Shown: positions 28,247 to 38,442 of the stretch, piece by piece
Numbering within the stretch: the first letter of the stretch is position 1
How the letters are laid out: each line of letters starts with the position of its first letter
Source of the DNA: Candidatus Latescibacterota bacterium
GTDB taxonomy: Bacteria; Latescibacterota; UBA2968; GCA-2709665
Reading direction: 5' to 3'
Assembly: GCA_965222075.1 (NCBI GenBank)
Contig: OZ244937.1
Coordinates: 1,312,001-1,376,000, forward strand
DNA: 64,000 bases
The notes under the pieces: generated by a model
What the model saw: the letters and a program-made list of their open reading frames with translations, nothing else
The model's database searches: none
What the model was told of the DNA's origin: nothing
Made by a program: the position numbers and the translations under genes

Positions 28247-29992
28247 ATGGCAGGGAAAAGGCGGGTGTATGAGGTGCGGATAGAACGGGATGTGGAGGCG
28301 AGGATGCGGGATGGGGTGATTCTGAGAGCGGATGTGGCGCGGCCCAGGGCGCGGGGGCGGTTTCCGGTGCTTCTGACGCGAACGCCGTACGGGAAGTGTG
28401 TGGACAGGCGTCTGGCAGCGGCGGGCTACGTGGTTGTTGCACAGGATATGCGGGGGCGTTACGCGTCGGACGGCACGTTTACGCCCAAGTTTATGCCGGG
28501 TTACCAGGACGCGGAGGACGGCTACGATACGGTGGAGTGGTCCGCCGGGCTGGCATACTCGAACGGGAAGGTGGGGGTGTTCGGGATTTCCTATCCATCG
28601 TGGGCGTCCTGGGAGCTGGCCTCGGCACGTCCGCCCCACCTGGTGGCGATGTTCAACGGGGGGCTTGCGACACGGTTGACGGACTGGGAGCTGGGCGGTG
28701 TGCTGCGGATCGGGCGAGTCCAGCAGTGGCTTTTCAGTACGCTGGCCCCCGACCTGCGACGTCGGCAGGGGCTGGGCCCGCCGCACACGCCGGTCGAGGC
28801 CCGGGCACGGTTTGACAAGGACCGGGAGAAGCCGCTCTGGTTCGTGCCGCAGAAGGCGCTGCCGGACGAGTTTGCCGGGGGATGCCGCGAGATCTGGCAT
28901 TACTGGCTGGACCACCACCACGAGGATATTTTCGATTTCTGTAAGCGGCACAGCCAGGTGGACGTGCCGGTGCTCCACATGACCGGCTGGCACGACCGGC
29001 TGGTGCTCACGGTGGACCACTTTACGGGGATGCAGCAAAACGGGCGCACAGAGGCGACCAGGCGGGCGCAGCGGCTGGTGGTGGGGCCCTGGTCCCACGG
29101 ATCGAACGGGCCCCGGCGGGTGGGGGAGATGGATTTCGGGCGGACGGCCGAGGTCGATTTTACCGCGCTGATGATCCGCTGGTTCGATACCTGGTTGAAA
29201 GGGGAAGACAAGGGGATGCTGCAGACGGCGCCGGTGCGCTATTTTGTGATGGGGGAGAACCGCTGGCACGAGGCGGAGACGTGGCCCCTGCCGGAGGCGC
29301 GGCCGAGGGCTTATTATTTACATTCCGGGGGATCGGCGAACACGCCAGCAGGGAACGGGAGGCTCTCGCAGAGGGCGCCTGCCTGCCGAGCATCCGGCCG
29401 GCCTGCCGAGTCGGCGCAGGCAGGCGCAGGCAGGCCGGAAAAGGAGGCGCCGGATCGCTACACCTACGATCCCCACGACCCGGTGATGAGCCTCTTTTAC
29501 CCCAGCGCCCAGGATGCGCCCTACGACCAGCGGCAGCTGGCGGGCAGGGAGGATGTGCTGGTCTACCAGACGCTGCGGCTTCGGAAGGGGGTGCGGGTGG
29601 TGGGGCGGCCGGAGGTGCGGCTATTTGCAGCGTCAAGCGTTCGGGATACCGATTTTATCGTGAAGCTGATCGACGTCTACCCGGACGGGTTCGCGCACCA
29701 GGTCTGTTACGGGATCGTGCGGGCGCGCTTTCGAGAGTCGTTCGACCGGCCGAGTCTTTTGCGTCCGGGAAAGGTGTATGAATACAGGATACAGATGCTG
29801 CCAACGGCCAACCTGTTTCGGGAGGGGCACCGGATCCGGATCGATGTGTCAAGCTCGGATTTCCCGAATTTCGACCGCAACCACAATACCGGAGGGGACG
29901 ACTATGCAGAGACGACGTTTCAGGTCGCACACCAGGAGGTTTTTCACGACGCCGGGCGGCCGTCCCGGGTGATTTTGCCGGTCGTGCCCTGA
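28247..29992 (+). CDS. CocE/NonD family hydrolase
   Basis: MRDGVILRAD, RTPYGK, QDMRGRYASDG, GISY nucleophile, GWHD, GPWSHG, SSSDFPNFDRN. Confidence 0.92.
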   Translation: MAGKRRVYEVRIERDVEARMRDGVILRADVARPRARGRFPVLLTRTPYGKCVDRRLAAAGYVVVAQDMRGRYASDGTFTPKFMPGYQDAEDGYDTVEWSAGLAYSNGKVGVFGISYPSWASWELASARPPHLVAMFNGGLATRLTDWELGGVLRIGRVQQWLFSTLAPDLRRRQGLGPPHTPVEARARFDKDREKPLWFVPQKALPDEFAGGCREIWHYWLDHHHEDIFDFCKRHSQVDVPVLHMTGWHDRLVLTVDHFTGMQQNGRTEATRRAQRLVVGPWSHGSNGPRRVGEMDFGRTAEVDFTALMIRWFDTWLKGEDKGMLQTAPVRYFVMGENRWHEAETWPLPEARPRAYYLHSGGSANTPAGNGRLSQRAPACRASGRPAESAQAGAGRPEKEAPDRYTYDPHDPVMSLFYPSAQDAPYDQRQLAGREDVLVYQTLRLRKGVRVVGRPEVRLFAASSVRDTDFIVKLIDVYPDGFAHQVCYGIVRARFRESFDRPSLLRPGKVYEYRIQMLPTANLFREGHRIRIDVSSSDFPNFDRNHNTGGDDYAETTFQVAHQEVFHDAGRPSRVILPVVP

Positions 29993-30242
29993 AAGGCGAC
30001 TTTCGTACGGGGGAGTGGAAGGGTCACGGTCAGCAGTGAATTTGCAAGAGATGTCAGTAGAAAGGAGGGGTAGAGAATATGAAACGCACGCATATTCTCC
30101 TATTCGGGCGGAGACGAGATGGACGTTTAAACGGAAGCTGGATAAATTGAAGAAGGAGTGAGGCTTGACACCGGCGGATTTGTGGCCTATCTTTGCCCTA
30201 TCTTATGGGGTAAACACCAATAATGTTGTGGGGGGAAAAGGT

Positions 30243-31514
30243 ATGCCGATTGATTTCAGGGACAACCGGCCGATGACGGACCGCCGGGAGATGGTGCTGA
30301 GGGTGGGGCAGGGCGAGGGCGACTTACAGGGGAGTGACGATAAGGCGCTCCAGGCGGGAGCCGACTATCTGCACCGGCTCGGCGGGGGCGTGCTCCACAT
30401 TCTGCCGGGTGTGTATACGATGCGGAATGCGCTCTACCTCCATCCCAACCTGACGGTCCGCGGATCCGGACCGAAAACGGTGCTGAAGAAGGCAGCCGGC
30501 GTGGTGACGCACCTGGTCCGGGATTCGGACTGGTACGAGGCCAGGGTGGAGGTGGAAGATCCGGGTGGGTTCGCCGTTGGGGGTGGGGTGATGCTGCGGT
30601 CGTACAAAGATGGGACGGGCAGGATGGAGGTGGTGAAGGATACGGTGACGGCGGTGGAAGGGAATGTGATTTCGCTGAGCCGGCGGATGATCAAAAATAT
30701 GTGGCTGGACGAGAAGGCCACGATTGCGGCGATTTTTCCGATTCTGACGGCCGAGGAACTGGTGAACGACGTTCGGGTTGAAGCACTTGTACTGGACGGC
30801 AACCGGGAGGAGAATGAGGAGATCAACGGGAATTATTCAGGCGCGGTTTTTCTGCAGCAGTGCCACCGGTATACGTTCCGGAACGTGACGGCGCAGAACT
30901 ACAATGGAGACGGGTTCAGTTTTCAGATTTGTGACGATTTCCGCTTTGAGAACTGCATCTCGCAGAACAACGCCAATCTGGGCTTCCATCCGGGCAGCGG
31001 TTCACAGCGTCCGGTTTTCAGGAATTGTGAGTCCCTTGGCAACAGCCAGGGGATTTTCTTCTGCTGGGGCGTGTCGGACGGGTTGGCCGAAGACTGCGTC
31101 TGCTCGGAAAACCTGGACTACGGGATTTCGATCGGGCACCGGGATACGGACAACCGGATTGTGGGGTGCGCGGTTGAGCGCAACCACAAAGTGGGGATTT
31201 TGTTCCGGGAGGGCAAGTCGGGGTTCCGGGACCCACACCGGAATGTGATTGAGGAGACGGTGATTCGGGATAACGGATTTGAGGCCGAGGGGGTGGGGGT
31301 GGATATTCGGGGCGAGACACGTGACGTGGAGATCCGGAACAGCCGGATTGAGGATTCGGGAGAGGGAAGGCAGAAGGTCGGCGTTCGGATTGGAGCAAAG
31401 GCGAATGGGACAAAGCTGGAAGAAAACCTGTTCAACGGTCTTGAGACCGATGTTGCGGATTTGAAGGAAGGCGCACAAAAGGAAGCGGCCGAAACCCTCA
31501 AGGCTGCCGTATAA
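30243..31514 (+). CDS. Right-handed parallel beta-helix repeat protein (pectin lyase-like fold)
   Basis: GGGVLHILPGVY, LDGN, repeated N..G(F/I) beta-helix turns. Confidence 0.8.
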   Translation: MPIDFRDNRPMTDRREMVLRVGQGEGDLQGSDDKALQAGADYLHRLGGGVLHILPGVYTMRNALYLHPNLTVRGSGPKTVLKKAAGVVTHLVRDSDWYEARVEVEDPGGFAVGGGVMLRSYKDGTGRMEVVKDTVTAVEGNVISLSRRMIKNMWLDEKATIAAIFPILTAEELVNDVRVEALVLDGNREENEEINGNYSGAVFLQQCHRYTFRNVTAQNYNGDGFSFQICDDFRFENCISQNNANLGFHPGSGSQRPVFRNCESLGNSQGIFFCWGVSDGLAEDCVCSENLDYGISIGHRDTDNRIVGCAVERNHKVGILFREGKSGFRDPHRNVIEETVIRDNGFEAEGVGVDIRGETRDVEIRNSRIEDSGEGRQKVGVRIGAKANGTKLEENLFNGLETDVADLKEGAQKEAAETLKAAV

Positions 31515-31565
31515 AAGCTGAAGGATGGGCGCGTTGCCGTATACCTGCAATAGAAGGAGCGTACA

Positions 31566-31799
31566 ATGTCTGCGGTTTTGACGGAAGAGGAACTCAAAGA
31601 GAAGGCGGCCCGGTACTTGAAGACGCAGTATGGGGAAGATACCGTGTCGATGGATATCCAAAGCAACGATGTGGAGGATGGAAACGGGGTGATGCACGTG
31701 GACTGCCGGGTGAGCGTGGGAGGCTCACAGTCTGACTGGACCAAGTGGTTTACGTTTAAGAACGGCGAGGTGGCAAGCATGAAGTGGCAGATGCGGTGA
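31566..31799 (+). CDS. Small hypothetical protein
   Basis: 77 aa with AAGGAG RBS, in operon orientation. Confidence 0.7.
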   Translation: MSAVLTEEELKEKAARYLKTQYGEDTVSMDIQSNDVEDGNGVMHVDCRVSVGGSQSDWTKWFTFKNGEVASMKWQMR

Positions 31800-31837
31800 A
31801 ACGCGGCCCTGCCGGTCGGCTCAAAAAGGAGGACGCC

Positions 31838-32845
31838 GTGGCTGAGAAAGTTGGTGTTGCGATTGTGGGCTGCGGAAATATGGGGAAGACCCACGCGCGG
31901 CTGCTGGCGACGTTTGAGGACGTAGCTCTGAAGGTCCTGGTGGATACAAACGAGGCGGCGGCGCTGGGGCTGCAGAAGGAGGTCGGCGCGGCGTCTGTTG
32001 CGTCGGATCTCCAGCGGGCGCTGGAAGATCCAGACGTGGATGTCGTGCTCATCTGCACACACCACCACCAACACGCGCCCATGTGCACCCTGGCAGCGCA
32101 GGCGGGAAAGCACGTATTCTGCGAGAAGCCGCTGGCGATCACAGCGGCGGACTGTGAGGAGATTAAAAGAGCGGTTGATGCGGCGGGGATCAAGTTCATG
32201 GTCGGGTTTCAGGCGCGGTTTTCGCCGTTTGTCCTCAAGCTGAAGGAGGTGGTGCCCGAACCGTGGGTGACGATTGCACAGTTGTTCGATCCGAAGTGGG
32301 GCGAGCAGCTCTGGGTGAACGATCCGGTTGAAGGGGGCGGCAATGTACTCAGCCAGGGCTGCCACTGTTTTGATGCGACCTGTTTTCTCAACGAAGGCGA
32401 TGCGGAATCCATCTACGCGGAAGGAGGGAACTTCCACCACCCGTCGCTGCCGATAACGGATGCGGTGGCGTGTTCGCTGCGATTTCCGGGAGGGGCCGTT
32501 GCCAGCGTGACGATCGGTGATGTCGGAAGACCCGCGTTAATGGGCAAGTCTGCTTACCAGGTTTTTGCGGGGGATGTGACCGCGTCGCTGTTCAATTATT
32601 ACTGGGAGCCGGAGATCCACCTGTGGGGCGCAGAGCCGAAGCGGTTGACAACGGCAGACCTGCCCGGCTGTGAGGACAGGGACGCTGCCCACGGGTACAC
32701 GCAGCAGATGCGTGCGTTGATCGATTGGATCTGCAAAGACGCCGATCCGGTTGGCGCGGCCAGGGTACGCGACGGGGTGCGCGCAACCATGCTCGGCCTC
32801 AAGGCGATTGAGTCTATTCGCATGCGCCGGCCGCAGGAGATGTGA
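31838..32845 (+). CDS. Gfo/Idh/MocA family oxidoreductase
   Basis: VGCGNMG, GKHVFCEKP, GFQARF, GGG....GCH. Confidence 0.9.
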   Translation: MAEKVGVAIVGCGNMGKTHARLLATFEDVALKVLVDTNEAAALGLQKEVGAASVASDLQRALEDPDVDVVLICTHHHQHAPMCTLAAQAGKHVFCEKPLAITAADCEEIKRAVDAAGIKFMVGFQARFSPFVLKLKEVVPEPWVTIAQLFDPKWGEQLWVNDPVEGGGNVLSQGCHCFDATCFLNEGDAESIYAEGGNFHHPSLPITDAVACSLRFPGGAVASVTIGDVGRPALMGKSAYQVFAGDVTASLFNYYWEPEIHLWGAEPKRLTTADLPGCEDRDAAHGYTQQMRALIDWICKDADPVGAARVRDGVRATMLGLKAIESIRMRRPQEM

Positions 32846-32894
32846 ATCGGCGAACCAGAGGCTTTTTTTATCTTGATATTTCAGGAGATCCGCT

Positions 32895-33959
32895 ATGGCT
32901 TTTCGTGTAGGACTTATCGGTAACCGGGCACACCAGATGACCTACGGGCCGATCTTCCAGGAGCGGGACGACTGCCGGATCGTGGCGGCTGCCGAACACC
33001 TTGCGGAGAAGGCGAAGCCGCTTGAAGAACGCTTCGGCGTGGCCTGCTTGGCAGACTATGACGCGGTGCTGGAGAACCCTGAGGTCGACCTGGTGTCGAT
33101 TGCGACCGATTTTTATCTGAAGCGAAACCTCATCAAGAAGGCTGTGGCCTGTGGGAAGCACGTGCTGGTGGACAAACCGCTCGCCCGCACCGTGCGGGAA
33201 GCAAAGGAGATCGTGGAGGCCGCAGAGGGGGGGCGTGTGAAGATCGTGTTGAGCTATGCCCACCGATTTCAGCCCGGTCTTGCCAGGCTCGCCCGGGCGC
33301 TCCGGAACGGGGAGTACGGGCGCGTGGTCTCGTTTACCCATCACTTCGTGCGGCAGTTTCCGGACAGCGACCTGATGGCCTATGTGAGCTACCCCGCCCC
33401 GGCGCGGGTCAACGGCGGAGGCGAACTGATGAATCTGGGCAGCCATGCGGTGGACTATCTCTACAGTGTTTTCGGACTGCCGAAGCGGGTCTACTGCCAT
33501 CTTGAAACGGCCTTCTGGGAGGAGTATTACCGGGATTTTGGCACGGAGGATATGGCCACTCTGTTGTGTGAGTACGAAGGATTTACGGCAACGATTGTGA
33601 CTGGCCGGAACAAGGTAAGCGAAGAGACGCCCGCGGTGAATACCGTGGATGTGGCCTGCGAGGGGCGCTGGGTGCGAGTGGATGCGCAAGGACCGCAGTA
33701 CACGATCAACGGTGAGCCGGTGGAGGTTGCGCCTGCGCCACTGGCGTCTGCCGAATCCTGTGTTCAGGATCTGATCAATTGTATCCTGAACGACGCGGAG
33801 CCAAAGAGCGGGGTGCGAAACGGCCTGGCCGTGCTGGAGATGACGACCGCCGGCTACCAGTCGGCGGCGGCGGGAGAATTTGTGGACCTGCCCCTTCAAG
33901 ACGAAAACCATCCGATGATCGATCCGGAAGAGCAGGTGGTTGATATATTGCTCGACTGA
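32895..33959 (+). CDS. Gfo/Idh/MocA family oxidoreductase
   Basis: GKHVLVDKP, GGGELMNLGSHAVD. Confidence 0.88.
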   Translation: MAFRVGLIGNRAHQMTYGPIFQERDDCRIVAAAEHLAEKAKPLEERFGVACLADYDAVLENPEVDLVSIATDFYLKRNLIKKAVACGKHVLVDKPLARTVREAKEIVEAAEGGRVKIVLSYAHRFQPGLARLARALRNGEYGRVVSFTHHFVRQFPDSDLMAYVSYPAPARVNGGGELMNLGSHAVDYLYSVFGLPKRVYCHLETAFWEEYYRDFGTEDMATLLCEYEGFTATIVTGRNKVSEETPAVNTVDVACEGRWVRVDAQGPQYTINGEPVEVAPAPLASAESCVQDLINCILNDAEPKSGVRNGLAVLEMTTAGYQSAAAGEFVDLPLQDENHPMIDPEEQVVDILLD

Positions 33960-34087
33960 GGAGGTTGTAATGCCAGGCCTAACATTCTGATTTGCAACTG
34001 TTAGACGCCGGAGGTTGAAGTGATGCTTGAAGATGCGCGAGATCGTAAATGAAGCGCAAAAAGCAGGCTTCCCCCTGACTCCTGGAG

Positions 34088-35152
34088 GTGATGATGTCAA
34101 AACCTGAATACCGTGCAGTGATCATCGGGCTGAGAGGCATCGGCGCGCAGCGGCCTCAGGAGGATGATCACCTTCCGGTGTACGGGGCGATGCCCGGTTC
34201 ACACGCGGGGGCCTATTACCGCCATCCCAGGACCGAAGTGGCAGCCGTGTGTGATCTGAAAGAGGAGATCCTGGAGGATTTCAAGGCGCAGTGGGAAGAT
34301 GTGTGGCCCGGGGTTCGGCTCTATACGGATTACCGGGAGATGCTAAGGGCGGAGAAGCCGGATCTGGTGAGTGTGGCGACTTCGGATCACCTTCATGCCG
34401 AGATGGTGGTGGCCGCTGCGGAGGGGGGCGTCCGGGCCATTTTTTGCGAAAAGCCGATCGCCACGTCGCTGGAGGATGCAGACCGGATGATTGCAGCGGC
34501 CGAGGCCAACGGGGCGCTGCTTTCGATAGATCACACCCGGCGCTGGGCGCCCGGCTACCTCAAGGCCCGGGAGATTGTTCGGAGTGGAGAGATCGGGGCG
34601 CTTCGCACAGTTTCGTGCGATCAGTTCAGCCGGCGGGCGATGATGTTTCGAAATGGGACCCACCTGCTGGACCTGATCTGCTTTTTCGCCGAGGCCAGTC
34701 CCCGGTGGGTGATGGCCGAGCTGGAGGAAGGGTTCGAGCATTTTACCGAGTACAGGGGGGATGGGGGACACGATCCTTCCACCGATCCGTTTGCGTCGGC
34801 GTACATCCGGTTTGACAACGGCGTCCGGGCGTTCTACAATTCCTACAAGGTCGATTTTCCCGGCTCCCAGCTTGCGCTGACGTGTGAGGGCGGGCGGATC
34901 GAGATTTCCGACCTGTTGACGCGTCTGATTCGGGGCAGCTCCCATTTCGAGCGGCGCACGTCCACGATTTCGCCGGGGAGTTACGTGATGGAGCGGCAGA
35001 CGGCGGCGGTAGCGGAGCTGATCCAGGTCCTGGAGGAGGGCGGGGAGCTGGTTTCACCGGGCCGTGAGGCCCGCAAGACGGTGGAGATTATGCTGGGGAT
35101 TTTGAAGTCGCATCACAGTGGGAACTGCCGGGTGGATTTCCCCCTGTCGTGA
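34088..35152 (+). CDS. Gfo/Idh/MocA family oxidoreductase
   Basis: IFCEKP, DHTRRW, NGTHLLD. Confidence 0.88.
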   Translation: MMMSKPEYRAVIIGLRGIGAQRPQEDDHLPVYGAMPGSHAGAYYRHPRTEVAAVCDLKEEILEDFKAQWEDVWPGVRLYTDYREMLRAEKPDLVSVATSDHLHAEMVVAAAEGGVRAIFCEKPIATSLEDADRMIAAAEANGALLSIDHTRRWAPGYLKAREIVRSGEIGALRTVSCDQFSRRAMMFRNGTHLLDLICFFAEASPRWVMAELEEGFEHFTEYRGDGGHDPSTDPFASAYIRFDNGVRAFYNSYKVDFPGSQLALTCEGGRIEISDLLTRLIRGSSHFERRTSTISPGSYVMERQTAAVAELIQVLEEGGELVSPGREARKTVEIMLGILKSHHSGNCRVDFPLS

Positions 35153-35187
35153 GGGTTGCATGTAAAAAAAGGGGACTTCGAGCGACG

Positions 35188-35213
35188 CAGGGGCGCAGCA
35201 TGCTGCGCCCCTG
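35188..35213. repeat. Perfect 26-bp palindrome (REP-like or bidirectional terminator) between convergent genes
   Basis: CAGGGGCGCAGCATGCTGCGCCCCTG. Confidence 0.7.
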
Positions 35214-35230
35214 TATTTGTTGCGTGTGAG

Positions 35231-36403
35231 CTAACCCTTCCAGGGGTGTTCACGCGCAACGGTTTCGTTCAGGTTTGCGCCCCAGCCGGGGCGGTCGGGG
35301 ATACGGAGGTCGCCGTTCTCAATGACCAGCGCCTGGTCGATGAGGTCGTCCTTCCAGGGAATGTCGTCGATGTCGATTTCCTGGATGCGAACATTGGGCG
35401 CACAGGCGCACAGGTGGGCGCTCATCAGGGTTGAGAGGTGGCTGTAGTAGTTGTGCGGGGCAATGTTGATTTCGTAGCTTTCGGCCAGGTCGGCGATCTT
35501 TTTGGACAGGGTGAAGCCGTTCCAGGGGACGTCGACCATCAATACGTCCTGGGCGCGGGCGTCCAGGTAGCGGCGGTATTCCCGCAGGCCGATGAAGTTT
35601 TCGCCGGAGCAGATGGGGGTTCGGGTGGCGTCTTTGACCCGCCGCAGGGCTTCCGGGTCGTATATGTCCACTTCGACCCACATCATGTTGAATTCTTCAA
35701 GGGCCTGGCAGATGAGCGCGGCCCCTTCCGGCTTGAAGTTGAAGTTGAGGTCCAGGGCGATGCCGACGTCGTCGCCTACGGCGCTGCGGAAGGCGCCGAT
35801 GAGTTCCCGGATGTGCCTGATGAGGGCGCTGGAGATATTTTGATCGGTCGTGCCGGGGCCGCCGCCGAAGCCGGCGAAATAGACCTGCGCCGGATCGCCC
35901 GGGAAGAGGATATTGGTTTTCAGGGCGGTGAAGCCGCGGGTTACGACCTCCTCTCCAAGGCGTGCGATGTCGTCCATGGCGCGCAGGGGAGGGACGCCGA
36001 GCAGTTCGTGGTGCCGTGCGCGAAAAGTGCCGCAGTGAGACCAGTAGAGGCGCTGGCGTTCGCGCATCGGGCCGCCAAAGAGTTCGTAGACGGGCACGCC
36101 GAACGCTTTGGCCTTGATGTCCCACAGGGCGCAGTCGATGCCTGCGATCGCTTTTGCGGCAATGCCGCCCGGGCTCTGTCGGGTTTTGCGATACATGTCC
36201 CAGTAGAGCATTTCAATGGGGCGGGGGTCCCTTCCGACGAGGAGGTCCTGAAGATCGCGGATGGCGCCGGCAATGCCGTAGGGGTTGCGCATGTCCGAGC
36301 ACTCTCCATACCCGGTGATGCCCGCGTCGGTGCGTATGGCAACAAACAGCCAGGGGCGCCATCCCGCGTTGACGATAAAAGTATCCACTTCAGTGATTTT
36401 CAT
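35231..36403 (-). CDS. Mandelate racemase/muconate-lactonizing enzyme family (acid-sugar dehydratase-like)
   Basis: TDAGITGYGE, AGIDCALWDIKAK, GVPVYELFGG, PICSGEN, IAPHN, PGWG. Confidence 0.9.
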   Translation of the reverse strand: MKITEVDTFIVNAGWRPWLFVAIRTDAGITGYGECSDMRNPYGIAGAIRDLQDLLVGRDPRPIEMLYWDMYRKTRQSPGGIAAKAIAGIDCALWDIKAKAFGVPVYELFGGPMRERQRLYWSHCGTFRARHHELLGVPPLRAMDDIARLGEEVVTRGFTALKTNILFPGDPAQVYFAGFGGGPGTTDQNISSALIRHIRELIGAFRSAVGDDVGIALDLNFNFKPEGAALICQALEEFNMMWVEVDIYDPEALRRVKDATRTPICSGENFIGLREYRRYLDARAQDVLMVDVPWNGFTLSKKIADLAESYEINIAPHNYYSHLSTLMSAHLCACAPNVRIQEIDIDDIPWKDDLIDQALVIENGDLRIPDRPGWGANLNETVAREHPWKG

Positions 36404-36435
36404 CGAAGATTCCCTTTCAGGATCTCCATAACCCT

Positions 36436-37521
36436 TTACGTATTATATTCTATTGCCACAGTGTTTTCTTTTGTGCGCAGTGACCGGACGCCCGCCCTGG
36501 CGACCTGCATGGCAGTCAGACCATCCTCCTGGTTGACGGAGAAGGGCTGTTCGTTCAGGCACTGGTCCACAAAGTAGGACAGTTCCTGTTTGTAGGCCGG
36601 GCCGAAGCGTTCGATGAAGACGGGAACCCCCTCGCCGTAGTCCCGCATCCGGAAGGTCTTCTTTTGGATCGCTCCCTCCCGGTTATACGCTTCTACCGTG
36701 ACTTGCAGGGGATTTTCCTGGAAATGGCCCACGTGGATCAGGCCGTTGTCGCCGTAGATCCACGTTTCGTTGCGGTATCCGGCAACGTGATTGCGGCTTA
36801 CCTGTACCTGGGCGATGGCGTTATTGGGAAACCACATTTGAAAGAACACATCGTCGAAGTCCTCTTTCACCGTTGTGATCCTGAAGTTATGGAGGTTCGC
36901 ACCCAGGGCGCTGACCCATTCCGGCTTTGCGCCCAACAGCCAGATGACTTCATCGATGTTGTGGACGGCCATATCCGGGAGGATGCCCGGACTGTTGTAG
37001 CCCTCCGGGGGAGGGATGGGGTCTTCGAGCACGGACACAACCTTGAACGGGTTGCCGATGCTGCCTTCCTCCAACAGGTTCTTCGTATGGTTCAGAGGAT
37101 CGTCGAAGCGCCGCATGAACGCCTGCATGAGGGCGTGGGGCTTTTCGTCTGCAGACAGGTTCCTGACGAAATTCACCGCGTTTTCGACCGAATGGGTGAG
37201 GGGTTTCTCCAGCATGACGCGATATCCGGCTTCGATGAGCGCCCTCGCGTCGGCCTCGTGGTCCTCGGTCCTGGAGGCCACCACGGCCGCGTCGACCAGC
37301 CGGGCATCCACCAGATCACCGATGTTTTCAAAAGGGTGGATGCCGGATGCCTGGTGTTGTTGAAGCTGGTGGGCAACGCGCCAGGCGGTGTCCGCATAGC
37401 GGTCCACGACCGCGACCAGTTCGCAGTTTCCACGCTCTCTACTCAATTCCTGGGTGTGTCTGGCGTGAAAGACGCCGATGCGGCCTACGCCGACGACGGC
37501 CAGCTTTAACGGATTGGACAT
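36436..37521 (-). CDS. Gfo/Idh/MocA oxidoreductase (inositol 2-dehydrogenase-like)
   Basis: VGVGRIG, LEKP, FMRRFD, DMAVHNID, FIERFGPAY. Confidence 0.85.
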   Translation of the reverse strand: MSNPLKLAVVGVGRIGVFHARHTQELSRERGNCELVAVVDRYADTAWRVAHQLQQHQASGIHPFENIGDLVDARLVDAAVVASRTEDHEADARALIEAGYRVMLEKPLTHSVENAVNFVRNLSADEKPHALMQAFMRRFDDPLNHTKNLLEEGSIGNPFKVVSVLEDPIPPPEGYNSPGILPDMAVHNIDEVIWLLGAKPEWVSALGANLHNFRITTVKEDFDDVFFQMWFPNNAIAQVQVSRNHVAGYRNETWIYGDNGLIHVGHFQENPLQVTVEAYNREGAIQKKTFRMRDYGEGVPVFIERFGPAYKQELSYFVDQCLNEQPFSVNQEDGLTAMQVARAGVRSLRTKENTVAIEYNT

Positions 37522-37658
37522 ACGTGTTAAAGCTCCTTGATGGTCGGTTTCCACTGGTCAGAGAAGAGGTCGGCGATGCTGTCGTCCATGCCAGCGAGAC
37601 CTGCCTGCGCCAAACTCCGCGCGGCAGGCAGGTAGGCGCAGGCCCCGCCCCCCTCATT

Positions 37659-37780
37659 ACTCCCCCCTGGAGGGGGAGTCGCAGAAGCCGAGCCGGTTCC
37701 CTGAGCCTTGTCCTGAGCCTGTCGAAGGGTAGTCGAAGGGCAGGCGACGGCTGATGCGGTGGGGGGGACGTCAACGTCTC
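37659..37780 (+). repeat. Palindromic MITE/REP-like repeat, copy 1, with nested CCTGAGC...GTCGAAGGG insert
   Basis: ACTCCCCCCTGGAGGGGGAGTCGCAGAAGCCGAGCCG...CAGGCGA.GGCTGATGCGGTGGGGGGGACGTCAACGTCTC, shared with 39863..39940. Confidence 0.85.
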
Positions 37781-37829
37781 CAGAAGCGCAATACCCGGTA
37801 GCCTTTCTTGCCGTACCGTCCTGAATTGC

Positions 37830-38441
37830 CTAAAGTGCTTTTAGAAAATCGCGAACATTAATGAAAACGCTATGCGCTAAATTCCAGTAGCCATTCTTCG
37901 CTGCCACGCCTACGGAAAGGTGGGGCTGGGGTTTTGTCGTCAGATAGGCATGCGCACGGGCCTTGTCTGGTCTCCCGATGGACACGTCCGGTAAAGCTTC
38001 GACACACCTGAAAAAGTCATCAATGCAGTGCTCTACCGAGGTATCCGCAAAGCTCTCGCAAAGTAGCGTCTCAAGCATACCCTGGCGATTATCGCCGGGT
38101 AGTATCAGCACCGTCACCATCGGGCCGGCGCCAACGCCTTCTTCCGGGTTATCCGGCACAGGCAGTTTAGCTCTGCGCAACGAAGACTGAACACTTTGAA
38201 ACGCCCCCTCAGCGGACGTTTCCGCATCGCGAACGATGCCGACACTCTGGACGGTCTCACGAAACCCCGGTGCATCCACAAGCGCAAGCAGGAAACCACC
38301 CAGTTCGTTGACACCGCCGAAGTTTTGAACCTGAATATTCGTAAGCGACAGATGATCTTTGAACGCTTCAAAGAAGTTGCGTTGATCATTGCCCTCGACG
38401 AGAAGCTGGATTTCCGATTCGATTTGTATTGCTTTCGTCAT
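37830..38441 (-). CDS. DUF3226-like (TOPRIM-like) protein
   Basis: LLVEGNDQ, GIVRDAE, ILPGDNRQGMLETL, DKARAHAYL. Lies directly downstream of an AAA_15/21 ATPase. Confidence 0.72.
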   Translation of the reverse strand: MTKAIQIESEIQLLVEGNDQRNFFEAFKDHLSLTNIQVQNFGGVNELGGFLLALVDAPGFRETVQSVGIVRDAETSAEGAFQSVQSSLRRAKLPVPDNPEEGVGAGPMVTVLILPGDNRQGMLETLLCESFADTSVEHCIDDFFRCVEALPDVSIGRPDKARAHAYLTTKPQPHLSVGVAAKNGYWNLAHSVFINVRDFLKAL

Positions 38442-38442
38442 A

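Noticed and set aside
37565-37598. LAGMDDSIADLF peptide resembling a type I HsdS linker
   Set aside because: Too short to support without a database search.
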